Source: Candidatus Poribacteria bacterium
GTDB taxonomy: Bacteria; Poribacteria; WGA-4E; WGA-3G
DNA: 64,000 bases
NCBI GenBank assembly: GCA_963665235.2
Contig: CAXXLX010000001.1
Location: forward strand, 3,328,001 to 3,392,000
Direction of reading: 5' to 3'
The notes beneath the pieces were generated by a model. The model saw only the letters and a program-made list of their open reading frames with translations, was not told where the DNA came from and did not search any database. The translations under genes and the position numbers were made by a program. This document shows, one piece after another, positions 18,061-28,422 of the stretch (positions within the stretch are counted from its first letter, which is position 1; every line of letters starts with the position of its first letter).

Positions 18061-19848
18061 ATGCATGAATCTAATCAACCCGAAGACTACCTATATCGGC
18101 TCCGCCATTCCACAGCACATATTATGGCGTATGCTGTGCAGCAGCTGTTCCCTGAGGGGGAACACACTGTGAAATTAGCAATTGGGCCGCCGATTGAGAA
18201 TGAGTTCTATTACGATATGGAGGTCCCGCGCCCCATCACCCCGGACGATTTTCCTGAAATTGAGAGGCACATGGCAGCGATGATTAAAGCGAACGTGCCT
18301 TTTGAACAGGAAACATGGAGCTATGACGAAGCACGCGCCTGGTTCAGCGAACGCGACCAGAAATTTAAACTTGAATTAATAGATGGAATTTCCGACCGCG
18401 AAGTTAGCGCAGCGGATGAAGGCGTAGCAGCCGAGGGCGTTTCTATTTATCACAACGGTGATTTCACCGATCTTTGCAAGGGGCCCCATGTGGAAACGAC
18501 AGGGGAGTGTAGACATTTCAAACTGCTCCGCGTTTCGGGAGCTTACTGGCGCGGCGATAGCAATCGGGAGCAGTTGCAACGTATCTACGGCACCGCATGG
18601 GAGAATAAAGCTGACCTTAAAGCATACTTGACACAACGGGAAGAAGCCGCTAAACGCGACCATCGTAAATTAGGGCGCGAACTAGAACTTTTTCAGATGC
18701 ATCCAGAATCGCCGGGCAGTCCTTTTTGGCTTCCAAAAGGCGCACTCATCTATAACATTCTATCCGAAAAGATCAGAAAACTCTATCTCAGTGAAGGCTA
18801 TCAGGAGGTCCGGACACCCCTCATCTACAATAGTAGTCTCTGGAAAACCTCCGGCCATTGGGAGCACTATAAGGAAGATATGTTCCTCATCGGAAGCGAA
18901 GATAGTGAACAAACGAGCGCGCTCAAACCGATGAACTGTCCGGCACACATGCTAATTTACAAAAGCACTCGTCACAGCTACCGTGATTTGCCGTACCGTC
19001 TACATGACCAGGGGATATTGCATCGGAACGAAGCGACCGGCACCTTGACCGGCTTGTCGCGTGTTCGTCAAATGTGCCAGGACGATGCCCATAACTTTAT
19101 CACCGAAGCCCAAATCGCTGACGAATATGAACGCATTCTTGAGCTCTTTCAACGTATCTATAGTAAGTTCGATCTGCCGTTTCGCTGCAATTTAAGCACA
19201 CGCAATCCGGACAAGTTCATGGGCGATGTTGAGGTCTGGAATCGAGCTGAAGTGATGCTTGAAGACGTGCTAAAAAACAATCAGATAGCATACACCGTTG
19301 AGCCAGGGGAGGCAGCGTTCTACGGACCGAAGCTCGATTTTCAGGTGAAGGACTCGCTCAACCGGGACGTACAATGTGCCACCGTTCAGCTAGATTTTCA
19401 ACTTCCTGAGCGTTTCGAATTAATCTATGTCGCGCAAGATGGCAGTGAAAAACGCCCGGTTGTTATCCATCGGGCGTTGTGTGGCAGTTTTGAACGATTC
19501 ATCGCGATGCTGATTGAGCATTACGCAGGGGCATTTCCGACCTGGCTCTCGCCTGTGCAGTGTGTTGTGATGACGATTAGCCAACGTTTCGTTGACTACG
19601 GCAGTGAGGTGCAGCAATTGCTGTTGCAAAAGGGATGCCGTGTTGTATTAGATAATAGTGATGACAAAATTGGGGCAAAAATCCGACAAGCTCGTCTACA
19701 GCGGGTGCCGTACATGGCAATTATTGGCGGACGCGAACAGGAAAACCGCACTGTCAGTGTCCGAAGCCGGGATGAAGGCGATATCGGCGCAATGCCCCTT
19801 GATACCTTCGTTGACAAAATTGTTGATGAAGCCGATTTGGATTTCTAA
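18061..19848 (+). CDS. thrS: Threonine--tRNA ligase (short form without the TGS domain)
   Basis: LRHSTAH, DLCKGPH, GAYWRGD, RDHRKLG, KPMNCP, FYGPKLD, HRA..GSFERF. Confidence 0.98.
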   Translation: MHESNQPEDYLYRLRHSTAHIMAYAVQQLFPEGEHTVKLAIGPPIENEFYYDMEVPRPITPDDFPEIERHMAAMIKANVPFEQETWSYDEARAWFSERDQKFKLELIDGISDREVSAADEGVAAEGVSIYHNGDFTDLCKGPHVETTGECRHFKLLRVSGAYWRGDSNREQLQRIYGTAWENKADLKAYLTQREEAAKRDHRKLGRELELFQMHPESPGSPFWLPKGALIYNILSEKIRKLYLSEGYQEVRTPLIYNSSLWKTSGHWEHYKEDMFLIGSEDSEQTSALKPMNCPAHMLIYKSTRHSYRDLPYRLHDQGILHRNEATGTLTGLSRVRQMCQDDAHNFITEAQIADEYERILELFQRIYSKFDLPFRCNLSTRNPDKFMGDVEVWNRAEVMLEDVLKNNQIAYTVEPGEAAFYGPKLDFQVKDSLNRDVQCATVQLDFQLPERFELIYVAQDGSEKRPVVIHRALCGSFERFIAMLIEHYAGAFPTWLSPVQCVVMTISQRFVDYGSEVQQLLLQKGCRVVLDNSDDKIGAKIRQARLQRVPYMAIIGGREQENRTVSVRSRDEGDIGAMPLDTFVDKIVDEADLDF

Positions 19849-19857
19849 TATATCCTT

Positions 19858-19922
19858 GTAGCGGCAGAGCCCTCGGCTTGCCGCCTTGTAAAATTAGCTA
19901 CGGCACAGACCACCGTGTCTGT
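19858..19922. repeat. GTAG-REP-like palindromes
   Basis: GTAGCGGCAGAGCCCTCGGCTTGCCG followed by a CACAGAC/GTCTGTG hairpin. Confidence 0.55.
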
Positions 19923-19951
19923 GAATCTATAAACCCAAAAGGAGTGAGATC

Positions 19952-20554
19952 ATGTACAGAATTTTCGCATGTCAATTACTTATCGGACTTATGGTTTTTA
20001 TCGGGTGTGGCCCGTCTAAACAGATTACGCGCGTTGATAGTGGGACCACAATTGACCTTTCCGGGCGTTGGAACGATACGGATTCCCGCCTCGTTGCCGA
20101 GCAGATGATTACCGACTGTTTAAGCCACGTCTGGATTACTAACCACACAACTGCTAAATCAGCAAACCCTGTTGTCATTGTCGGCGGTATCCGAAACAAA
20201 AGTATGGAACATATCGCCACACAAACGTTCATTACCGATATTGAACAGGCCTTTGTCAATTCTGGGAAGGTACGCACCGTTTCCAGCCAAAGCGAACGTG
20301 ACGAAATCCGCGCCGAACGTGCAGAGCAAGGCGAATTTGCCGCTATTGAAACCATCAAACGGATGGGGAGAGAACTCGGTGCCGATTATATGATGACCGG
20401 CGAAATCAACACAATTGAAGACCGCGAAGGCGGAAAACTGGTACTATTCTATCAGACAGATCTGACGTTGACAAATATCGAGACGAACGAGAAGGTCTGG
20501 ATTGGTCAGAGAGAAATTAAAAAGTACATCGCGCGTAAAAAATTTAAAATGTAG
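19952..20554 (+). CDS. LpoB/YcfM-like lipoprotein (penicillin-binding protein activator family)
   Basis: Lipobox FIGC; DLSGRWNDTD, IRNKSMEHI, GRELGADYMMTGEI. Confidence 0.85.
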   Translation: MYRIFACQLLIGLMVFIGCGPSKQITRVDSGTTIDLSGRWNDTDSRLVAEQMITDCLSHVWITNHTTAKSANPVVIVGGIRNKSMEHIATQTFITDIEQAFVNSGKVRTVSSQSERDEIRAERAEQGEFAAIETIKRMGRELGADYMMTGEINTIEDREGGKLVLFYQTDLTLTNIETNEKVWIGQREIKKYIARKKFKM

Positions 20555-20641
20555 GAGCAGCGTTACAGCATGCAATCCTACAATGTAGATGCAAAATTAA
20601 CGATGGCGCGCTTGTCCAGCGCGCCTACAACTTCAAAACTT

Positions 20642-22006
20642 ATGATAAAAATAGCAGCTTTTCCCATTCTCCTTCTCCTACTCATAGGATGCGGCGGCTA
20701 TAACATGCAAGAGGTTCGAATCGCGCTAGAGAGAGGACAGGTCGATACCGCCTATAAACATCTCGAGAAAAAAGGACCGAAAGAACCAAATATCCCGCAT
20801 CAATTTGAATTGGGATTGATCGCACATTACGCGGACCTATTTGTGGAAAGCAACAAGGCATTTGGGCTAGCAGAAAATATCGCTGAGGAGCGATACACCA
20901 AAAGCCTCTCAAAAGAGGCACTTTCGCTTGTTACCACCGACAAAATCCGCCCTTACCCCGGCACCCGGTATGAACGACTTTTCGGGCACTATTATCACAC
21001 CCTAAACTATATCTATCTGAATCAGTTAGATGAGGCGTTAGTAGAATGCCGCCGTGCCACCGGACTAATTAATTACTTCAGAGGTGAAGATGAGAAATAT
21101 GATGCCTTTGGGGCCGGATTTCTTGCATATCTTACTGGCACAGTATATGAAGCTGTAGGCGAATGGAACAATGCCCTAATTTCTTACAAACAGGCAGCGG
21201 CATACTACCAAGCCGCTGCCAAAAAAACGGGGGTTCCGATGCCGCCCGATGTAGGGCATGCCGTAGTGCGTCTAGCGCAGATGCTCAATTTCACAGATGA
21301 TTTTGAGCGGTATCGCAAGCAGTACGGTGAACCGCCAACGCGCCCCAAAAACTATGGCGAGCTGATACTCTTTTATGAAACAGGTTATGTCCCGCGAAAG
21401 CGGCAGCAGACCTTGACGTTTCCTATCCTCACAACCGATTTTGGCGATGATGATGACGACGATGACGATAAAAAGAAAACCGAAAGGTTTATTCCCACCC
21501 TCCTTGCACGCGAAGGCATGGAGGTTGACGATATAGAACTAGAATACCTTTTACATGTAGCAATGCCGACGATTCGGTCAGAACGTCCCCGCTTCGCAGG
21601 CATTCAGGTCTCAGTAGGTGAGGAAAAGGCACACGGTGTGTTGATAGAGGACATAGAACGGGTGGCAATTGAAACCCTTAAGGCGGAACGGCCTGTAACC
21701 CTCCTCCGTACGTTAGGGCGCGCCTTACTGAAATACTTAACCTTCCGGAAAGCAGATAAGAAAAATGAAATCTTAGGGGCCCTTGTGAATATTGCTGCAG
21801 TGGTCACTGAAAAGGCGGATACACGTTCCTGGCAAACGCTGCCGAATCAAATCTTTATGGTACGGATGCCTCTTCCTGCAGGCACCCATAAACTTCAGTT
21901 CTCCTTTCTGGATGCAAACGGGCAGGGCGGTCGAGATGAGCCCGGCCCGGGGGTTGAAATCCAGTCAAATCGGATAACTTTTTGGAATCACCGAAGCTAT
22001 GAGTAA
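20642..22006 (+). CDS. COG3014-family lipoprotein
   Basis: Lipobox LIGC; PYPGxxYE, EALVECRR, EKADTRSWQTLP. This family commonly neighbours LpoB-like genes. The alternative start at 20570 lies in REP sequence. Confidence 0.8.
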   Translation: MIKIAAFPILLLLLIGCGGYNMQEVRIALERGQVDTAYKHLEKKGPKEPNIPHQFELGLIAHYADLFVESNKAFGLAENIAEERYTKSLSKEALSLVTTDKIRPYPGTRYERLFGHYYHTLNYIYLNQLDEALVECRRATGLINYFRGEDEKYDAFGAGFLAYLTGTVYEAVGEWNNALISYKQAAAYYQAAAKKTGVPMPPDVGHAVVRLAQMLNFTDDFERYRKQYGEPPTRPKNYGELILFYETGYVPRKRQQTLTFPILTTDFGDDDDDDDDKKKTERFIPTLLAREGMEVDDIELEYLLHVAMPTIRSERPRFAGIQVSVGEEKAHGVLIEDIERVAIETLKAERPVTLLRTLGRALLKYLTFRKADKKNEILGALVNIAAVVTEKADTRSWQTLPNQIFMVRMPLPAGTHKLQFSFLDANGQGGRDEPGPGVEIQSNRITFWNHRSYE

Positions 22007-23195
22007 AAACATGCAACAGTATTCAGGCAAGCGGCCCGCTCCAATCTATCTCGATTACAACGCCACAACACCGCTCCGTCCCGAAGTCCGGGACGCAATA
22101 ATGCCGTATCTGACCGAGGCATTCGGCAACGGCTCCAGCATTCACGCTTACGGCCGTGAAGCACGCAACGCTATTGACACTGCACGCGAACAGGTTGCTG
22201 AACTCATCGGCGCGAAAAGCCCTAGTGAGATTGTGTTTACCGGCAGCGGAACCGAAGCGGATAACCACGCTATCAAAGGACTAACAGAATTACAAAAAAG
22301 CCGAGGCGAGGGAAACCATATCATCACCTCGGCTGTAGAGCATCACGCCGTTTTGCATACCTGTCACTACCTTGAAAAACGCGGTTTTGATGTGACGTAT
22401 CTGCCGGTGGACCGATACGGAAGGGTTGATACAGAGCAGCTCCGTTCCGCCATTCGTGAAACGACAATACTCATTTCCATCATGCATGTCAACAACGAAA
22501 ACGGCACTATCCAACCGCTTGAGGAAATTTGTCAGATTGCACAGGAACACGATATCCCTTTCCACACCGATGCCGTGCAATCGATAGGTAAGTTAGACAT
22601 TGGCGTTCAGGAGTTCGGTGTCAATCTGCTAACCCTTTCTGGACATAAGATTTACGCGCCTAAGGGCATTGGCGTTCTCTACATCCGCCGTGGCACACGC
22701 TTGGCGAACCTTGTCCATGGCGGGGCGCATGAACGTAATCGGCGTGCAGGTTCAGAAAATGTCCCCGCAATCGTTGGGCTTGGCGTTGCCGCTGAATTGG
22801 CGAATCAGGAACGGGAGGCTTATGCACAACACCTCGAAACATTAACCTGCCGCCTGCGAGATGGTCTTGATGCACACATCGACCGATTGCACTACAATGG
22901 GCACCCTGACCACTGTGCACCTGGCACCCTTAATGTCTCTTTTGAAGCAGTGGAGGGCGAAAGCCTTATTTTGCGGTTAGACATGGAGGGCATCTGTGTC
23001 TCAACCGGCTCCGCGTGCACCTCCGGCTCTATGGAGCCGTCCCATGTGCTCGCAGCCCTTGGGTTGCCCCCAAGATTAGCGCAAGGCACAGTCCGGTTTT
23101 CCCTCGGCAGAAACACAACTGAAGAAGAAATTGACACAGTAATTGCCAAATTGCCTAAGGTCATCCAGCAGATGCGAACGTTGTATAGGGGTTAG
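21999..23195 (+). CDS. iscS: Cysteine desulfurase (IscS/NifS)
   Basis: YLDYNATTP, HTDAVQ, SGHKIYAPKG (PLP lysine), STGSACTSG. Confidence 0.95.
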   Translation: MSKNMQQYSGKRPAPIYLDYNATTPLRPEVRDAIMPYLTEAFGNGSSIHAYGREARNAIDTAREQVAELIGAKSPSEIVFTGSGTEADNHAIKGLTELQKSRGEGNHIITSAVEHHAVLHTCHYLEKRGFDVTYLPVDRYGRVDTEQLRSAIRETTILISIMHVNNENGTIQPLEEICQIAQEHDIPFHTDAVQSIGKLDIGVQEFGVNLLTLSGHKIYAPKGIGVLYIRRGTRLANLVHGGAHERNRRAGSENVPAIVGLGVAAELANQEREAYAQHLETLTCRLRDGLDAHIDRLHYNGHPDHCAPGTLNVSFEAVEGESLILRLDMEGICVSTGSACTSGSMEPSHVLAALGLPPRLAQGTVRFSLGRNTTEEEIDTVIAKLPKVIQQMRTLYRG

Positions 23196-23197
23196 GT

Positions 23198-23363
23198 GGC
23201 AATTAGCAATTGGCAATTGGCTCTCTTATGTAGGAGCGAGCTGTGCTCGCGATATTAAGTTAGGTGGCGATTAGCAATTGGCAAGAGATGTTGTGATTCT
23301 AATTAGGTTTATGACGTGCGTCATAAACCTCTTTCTCTTGCTATAGGTTTCCAATAGCCAATT
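23198..23363 (+). repeat. Heptamer repeats, a GTAG-REP (23230-23253) and GATTCTAA-core element copy C (23281-23341)
   Basis: Read directly; lies between the convergent iscS and YibE/F genes. Confidence 0.8.
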
Positions 23364-25989
23364 ACACCTGCCGATTCTTCGGGTTCCAGAACGCGCAAAT
23401 TATAGCCGTAATCGGAATGGCTAAGACCAGTCCGAGTGTACCCGCGAGCAGCCGCACAATCTCCGCAGACACAACACCGATGCTCAATAATTGCACCGCG
23501 GGCAATTTAAAGAAATCAAAATTTGGGGCTGTAATTGAAATTACTAATAACAACTCCGCGCCGAGATAGGCAAATACCAACGTATTTACCATCGTACCGA
23601 GGATATCCGTACCGACGTTCAACCCTGAAGCAATTAACCGCCAGGTTGGCATGTTAGGGTTCGCCCGGCGAATTTCCTCCATACTTGATGCCACCTCAAT
23701 TGCCCCGTCGACAGCTACCCCTAAGACCCCCATTAACATGCCTGCCAACAGAACTTGCGCGAAATCGAAGGGGGGGGTGCGTGTCGCTTCAACAATATCT
23801 GCCGCAATCGCGTCCTCTAATCCAGAAAAATGGAGATGTTTTTGGGCAAAGAGCACAATCAATCCGGCAACAAGAATACCGCCCATCGTGCCGAGCACAG
23901 CTGAAAACGTCTTTCGACTTGGGCCTATGACAAACACCAAAGACACGAACGCTACTATACCCGAAGTCAACGTCACAACCAACACAGCATTCATCCCTTG
24001 TGAAATTAACGGTAGCATGAAAAAGTAGATAACAGCGGCAGAAATCAGCATCGCCCCGGCGGTACGTACCCCTTCCATCCGGCCGACAACGATGATGAGC
24101 AGCAACATCCCACCCACTGTCCAGACGATAAAACCGTCGCGCGCGTATCCCTGAATAATATTTAGGAGCGTAATTTGTTCTAAATCGTCCCCGACGCGAC
24201 AAAGCACAACGTCACCCGGCTCCGCAGGAATACTCAACAGCGGCATATTATGATTGACAACATTCCGAAATATGGAACGTTTTCCTTTATACATACCGCT
24301 TAGAATCTCAACTTCAAGGATATGATGTTCCTCTTTTGTTCTGTACACATTGAGATTACCGGCTTCATCGTCCATGGCGCGGATGCTGTAGGTTTGCTCG
24401 TAGTCTCTATCAGAAAGCAACCATCGGCTGTCCTTCCACGGTTTGATAAAGACTCCAATATCATTAGAGAAAGAGATGTCTTGGGCAGCAAATGCCTTTC
24501 GCAAATCGGGCGGAACCACGCGATTGTTCAGGTCCGTTTCGGTGCTCCTGTCAATAGTAAACAGAAACTCGCCGCTTGATTCAAGCAATTGGAGCACTCT
24601 ACCTTTCGCATATTCTGACTTACTAATGGGTTGCTGCTGTTCATCATATTGCTCGAAGACTGTTGCAGAAAGGGTGTGTGTACGATAATAGAAGAACGTT
24701 GTACCGACCAGCACCAGCACCATAGCGATTGGCACCACAATCCTGCTGGAGAAAATCCGAGACTTACCGTGCCCAGCCTCCGGCCCGAATAATTCCTCTA
24801 ATTCCGCCTCTGTAGGCAGGTCCTCGTGAATTGCTGTTCTGTCAACTTTGGTGTATTTTGTGAGAAACCCAGCAATCATCGCTGCAATCGGGACTGTTAA
24901 GACCAACCCAATCGTTCCAATGACAGCTTGGATAATGGCGACGGCTGTCGCTTCATCGTTGACGAGACGTAGAAATGGGTATAGGACACCCGCTTCAGGA
25001 AAATGGATACGGGGCAGCAACATCGTAATCATTTGAGCGCCGAGGTACGCGAAGATAAGCGTATCTGCCATCGTCCCCATAATGTCCCGACCGACATTTA
25101 ACCCCGCCCGAATCGCTTGCCGAACGCTGATGTTCGGATTCACCTGCTTCACTTCGTTTACACTTGAGGAGATGGACATACTCACATCCATCATAGCACC
25201 AACTGCCCCTAAGATGATGCCAGCAGACAGGATGCCTGTAAAATTCCAATGGTGTGACTTCGGATATTTCCAGAGATTAATACCGAGCTCCAAAAAACCG
25301 AACTCTTGTGCTAACCCGGTCAGTGCCATCACGTGTTGACTCAGCACAGATAGAAAACCGACAGCGGCTAAACCACCGAGCGTCGCAAGCACTCCAGAAA
25401 TAACCTTAAAACTGAACCCGGTAATCAAGACAAACGTCACTAATGTAAGTGCTGCAGCAATTAATAGTGCAACCGCAATCGGGTTGTAACCGCTGACCGT
25501 GAGCGGCACGAGCAGATAAAGTACCGCAAATGCTGTTACAAACAGTGTCAAAATCGAGCGGACACCCTTCATCCCAGCAATGAGAACCATTAAAACGCCT
25601 AACGCACCGGCGAGATACAGCAGGAACGGCGTACGGAAGTATTGCCCCATGGACACAGAGTCAATTTCGGGATTCATCGGATTTCGAATCGGAATCTCAA
25701 GAAACAGGACATCCCCTTTGTGCAACACTCGGTCACTGAAAGAACGCCCAATCCAAATGTTATTCACCTCTACTGTCTCGCCGCGAAACTGCCCGGATAG
25801 AACGCGGAAGGACAGAATCTGGTCCGCCTCTTCACTTGTATCTATAGAAACAACGCGTCCTAAACAGACCACTATCTGCAAAGCCCCATCGTGGATAATC
25901 TCTGAAAACCGATAGAGCTTCACGTGCAACACCGCAACGCTGAGTAGTATGAGCAAAATACCGATGATTTTGATGTTTTTTTGTAGCAT
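23362..25989 (-). CDS. Tandem double YibE/F family membrane protein
   Basis: Two copies of G..LGA.MD..I.S..E...NP.......GLNVGxDIxGTMxxTLxFAYLG and many TM helices. Start is uncertain (25989 or 26019). Confidence 0.9.
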   Translation of the reverse strand: MLQKNIKIIGILLILLSVAVLHVKLYRFSEIIHDGALQIVVCLGRVVSIDTSEEADQILSFRVLSGQFRGETVEVNNIWIGRSFSDRVLHKGDVLFLEIPIRNPMNPEIDSVSMGQYFRTPFLLYLAGALGVLMVLIAGMKGVRSILTLFVTAFAVLYLLVPLTVSGYNPIAVALLIAAALTLVTFVLITGFSFKVISGVLATLGGLAAVGFLSVLSQHVMALTGLAQEFGFLELGINLWKYPKSHHWNFTGILSAGIILGAVGAMMDVSMSISSSVNEVKQVNPNISVRQAIRAGLNVGRDIMGTMADTLIFAYLGAQMITMLLPRIHFPEAGVLYPFLRLVNDEATAVAIIQAVIGTIGLVLTVPIAAMIAGFLTKYTKVDRTAIHEDLPTEAELEELFGPEAGHGKSRIFSSRIVVPIAMVLVLVGTTFFYYRTHTLSATVFEQYDEQQQPISKSEYAKGRVLQLLESSGEFLFTIDRSTETDLNNRVVPPDLRKAFAAQDISFSNDIGVFIKPWKDSRWLLSDRDYEQTYSIRAMDDEAGNLNVYRTKEEHHILEVEILSGMYKGKRSIFRNVVNHNMPLLSIPAEPGDVVLCRVGDDLEQITLLNIIQGYARDGFIVWTVGGMLLLIIVVGRMEGVRTAGAMLISAAVIYFFMLPLISQGMNAVLVVTLTSGIVAFVSLVFVIGPSRKTFSAVLGTMGGILVAGLIVLFAQKHLHFSGLEDAIAADIVEATRTPPFDFAQVLLAGMLMGVLGVAVDGAIEVASSMEEIRRANPNMPTWRLIASGLNVGTDILGTMVNTLVFAYLGAELLLVISITAPNFDFFKLPAVQLLSIGVVSAEIVRLLAGTLGLVLAIPITAIICAFWNPKNRQV

Positions 25990-26097
25990 GTTGGTAATTG
26001 GTGCGTTAGCATAAGGCAACTAAAAGTCAATCGCCAGTCGCCAATATCGTGAAACCTAATATGTCTATTGCCTATTGTCAGTAAACCTTAACTACTA

Positions 26098-26114
26098 TGC
26101 AAATACTATGCCAA
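26098..26114 (-). promoter_or_regulatory. sigma54 (-24/-12) promoter upstream of the YibE/F gene
   Basis: Minus strand TTGGCATAGTATTTGCA = GG-N10-GC. Confidence 0.65.
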
Positions 26115-26288
26115 TATTGAAACCGCTTCCTACGCTAAAACGCTTTTTTGGGCTGCACGATATGGGGCACTCCTCCCATTAAAATGGACAAATTGGGGCA
26201 GAATTGCAAATGGCCTCCCCAAGGGTTATCAGCTGTAAGAGAGGTTTGATGCATTGTCTGTTTCTTAACTGAAAACTGATTGCTATTC

Positions 26289-28169
26289 CTAGAGATGCTT
26301 TCGGATGTTCTCAGCAACCCGCCGCGGAATCCCTTTTACAGAGAGGAGCTCATCTAAAGTCGCGTGCCGAATTGCGTCAACGGAGCCAAATTTCTGTAGC
26401 AATGCCTGTTTTCGTTTCGGTCCGATGTTCGGAATTTCGTCAAGCACGGATGCACTCAGTGATTTCTTTCGGAGCTGCCGGTGGTAGGTAATTGCGAACC
26501 GATGTGCCTCATCTCGCAAACGTTGAATCATGTGCAGAGTCGGGTTATCCTCTCGTAGGACAATCGGGTCCGATTTCCCTGGGACGAAAATTTCCTCGAC
26601 TCGCTTTGCCAATGCAATAAGCGGAATCTCTGTTGGCACCGGTTTCAAATTCGCTTCGGCAAATGTTTTTAGGGCATCCATCGCTGCATGCAGTTGTCCC
26701 TTTCCGCCATCAATCAGAATCAGGTCTGGCAATTTGCTAAATTTTGCATCTTGTGCAACTGCCCGTTGAAATCTACGCGTCAAGACTTCGGTCATCATTG
26801 CGAAATCGTTTTGCCCATCAACCGTGCGAATTTTAAAACGGCGGTATTCCGATGAGGTGGGTTGTCCCTCTTCCAAAACTACCATCGACCCGACAGCGAA
26901 CCTATCGCCGAGATTAGATATATCATAAGCTTCAATACGTCTTAGCGGGTGTGGCAACTGCAGCAGTTCTTGGAGCTCAACGAGGGCGGGATGCACATCG
27001 CTGCTATAAACGACGTTCTGTTCCCGCTGTGTTAGGAGAATTTCAGCGTTCTTCGTTGCCAACTTATGCAATTTTCTGAGCCTGCCAGCCTTCGGTACAT
27101 GCAATACCACACGGCTCCCCCGTTTCTCGCTTAACCACTCCTCAAGCAGCTCCCCCGACTCAATTGACGTTGGCAAAACAATCGTCTTCGGAACAAAAAC
27201 CGCATTCTGATAATACTGTGAAATGAAAGCACTTAACGCAGGGGACAGTGATTCAGAGTGGACATCGTTCAGATAATAATGTTCACGTTCAAGCAGCTTG
27301 CCATCCCTCACCCGCAATACCTGTACACAAGCGATATCTCCCAGCCGGGCTTGTAGGTTTTCATGTTGAGAAGCCATTGCAATTCCGATGATATCCTCAT
27401 CCGCAGCGGAAACACTATCCAAACTCTGCTTTGCAATGGCTTGTTGGACATCGTTTAGCGTATCCCGATATCGTGCTGCAGCCTCAAAATCGAGTGCTTC
27501 TGCCGCTGCTGTCATCTGCTCTGTTAGTTCTTCAACGACAGTGTCTGTATTTCCACTCAAGCACTGACAAACTTTCTGAACGATTGCGTTATAATCTTGA
27601 ACGTCAATTTTATCAGCACAGGGGCCGGCACATCGTCCGATGTGATAATCTAAGCAGACTCGGTAGGGGTTACCTGTCTCCTCAAGCGGCAGGTTGCAGG
27701 TCCGGATAGGAAACAATTTGGTGAGCTGTTTCAGGGTCTGCCGTGTTGAACGGACGTGAACAAAGGGGCCGAAGTACCGTGTGCCATCATTTTCCGCGTT
27801 GCGCGTAATGTGAATTCGGGGGAACGGTTCATTCACCGTTATCCGTAGATAAGGGTACCGTTTGTCATCCTTCAGTTTCACATTATAGCGTGGCTGATGT
27901 GCTTTAATCAGGTTATTCTCTAAAATCAGTGCCTCTATTTCTGTATCTGTTACGATATAATCGATATCTGTCACATATCGCATCATCTGGACTGTCAGTG
28001 CATTTGATGCCTTTTCCCGAAAATAGGAGCGGACACGACTCCGTAACCGCACCGCCTTGCCGACATAGATAATCGCGCCATCGGAGGCTTTCATAAGGTA
28101 AACCCCCGGCGTATCCGGCAGAGATTGCCACAGTTCAGGAATATCCTTATCACGGGGTTTTGTCTTCAT
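26289..28169 (-). CDS. uvrC: Excinuclease ABC subunit C
   Basis: GIY-YIG PGVYLM..IYVGKA, IEAYDISN, PDLILIDGGKGQ, RDEAHRFA, C-terminal HhH. Confidence 0.98.
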   Translation of the reverse strand: MKTKPRDKDIPELWQSLPDTPGVYLMKASDGAIIYVGKAVRLRSRVRSYFREKASNALTVQMMRYVTDIDYIVTDTEIEALILENNLIKAHQPRYNVKLKDDKRYPYLRITVNEPFPRIHITRNAENDGTRYFGPFVHVRSTRQTLKQLTKLFPIRTCNLPLEETGNPYRVCLDYHIGRCAGPCADKIDVQDYNAIVQKVCQCLSGNTDTVVEELTEQMTAAAEALDFEAAARYRDTLNDVQQAIAKQSLDSVSAADEDIIGIAMASQHENLQARLGDIACVQVLRVRDGKLLEREHYYLNDVHSESLSPALSAFISQYYQNAVFVPKTIVLPTSIESGELLEEWLSEKRGSRVVLHVPKAGRLRKLHKLATKNAEILLTQREQNVVYSSDVHPALVELQELLQLPHPLRRIEAYDISNLGDRFAVGSMVVLEEGQPTSSEYRRFKIRTVDGQNDFAMMTEVLTRRFQRAVAQDAKFSKLPDLILIDGGKGQLHAAMDALKTFAEANLKPVPTEIPLIALAKRVEEIFVPGKSDPIVLREDNPTLHMIQRLRDEAHRFAITYHRQLRKKSLSASVLDEIPNIGPKRKQALLQKFGSVDAIRHATLDELLSVKGIPRRVAENIRKHL

Positions 28170-28301
28170 CGTTCCTGCCTCTTTGTCGGTTGGCGGGACG
28201 CATTAGGGTTGCAGCTCCTAGATGTCGGATATCTCGTTTGTTCAAGCCTGACCTACGAGAATCGAACCTTTGCATAAATTGCCTGCACAGATAATTCGAG
28301 A

Positions 28302-28414
28302 ATTGGCAATTAGCAATTAGCAATTAGCGATTAGCAAGAGGTTTATGATTCTAATACACGTTTTGACGCACATCAGAACTCTCTTTCTCTTGACAACGGT
28401 TTCCAATAGCCAAT
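28302..28414 (+). repeat. Heptamer repeats and GATTCTAA-core element copy D (28334-28392)
   Basis: (TAGCAAT)n, then GCAAGAG..GATTCTAA..TGACGCACATCA..CTTTCTCTTG..GGTTTCCAATAGCCAAT. Confidence 0.8.
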
Positions 28415-28422
28415 CTATCTTG

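Noticed and set aside
18061-19848. ThrRS lacking the TGS domain as a novelty
   Set aside because: Short ThrRS forms are common in bacteria.
21446-21480. Poly-Asp tract in the COG3014 protein as a phase-variation site
   Set aside because: It is a mixed GAT/GAC in-frame triplet run, so it cannot shift the frame; most likely a low-complexity loop.
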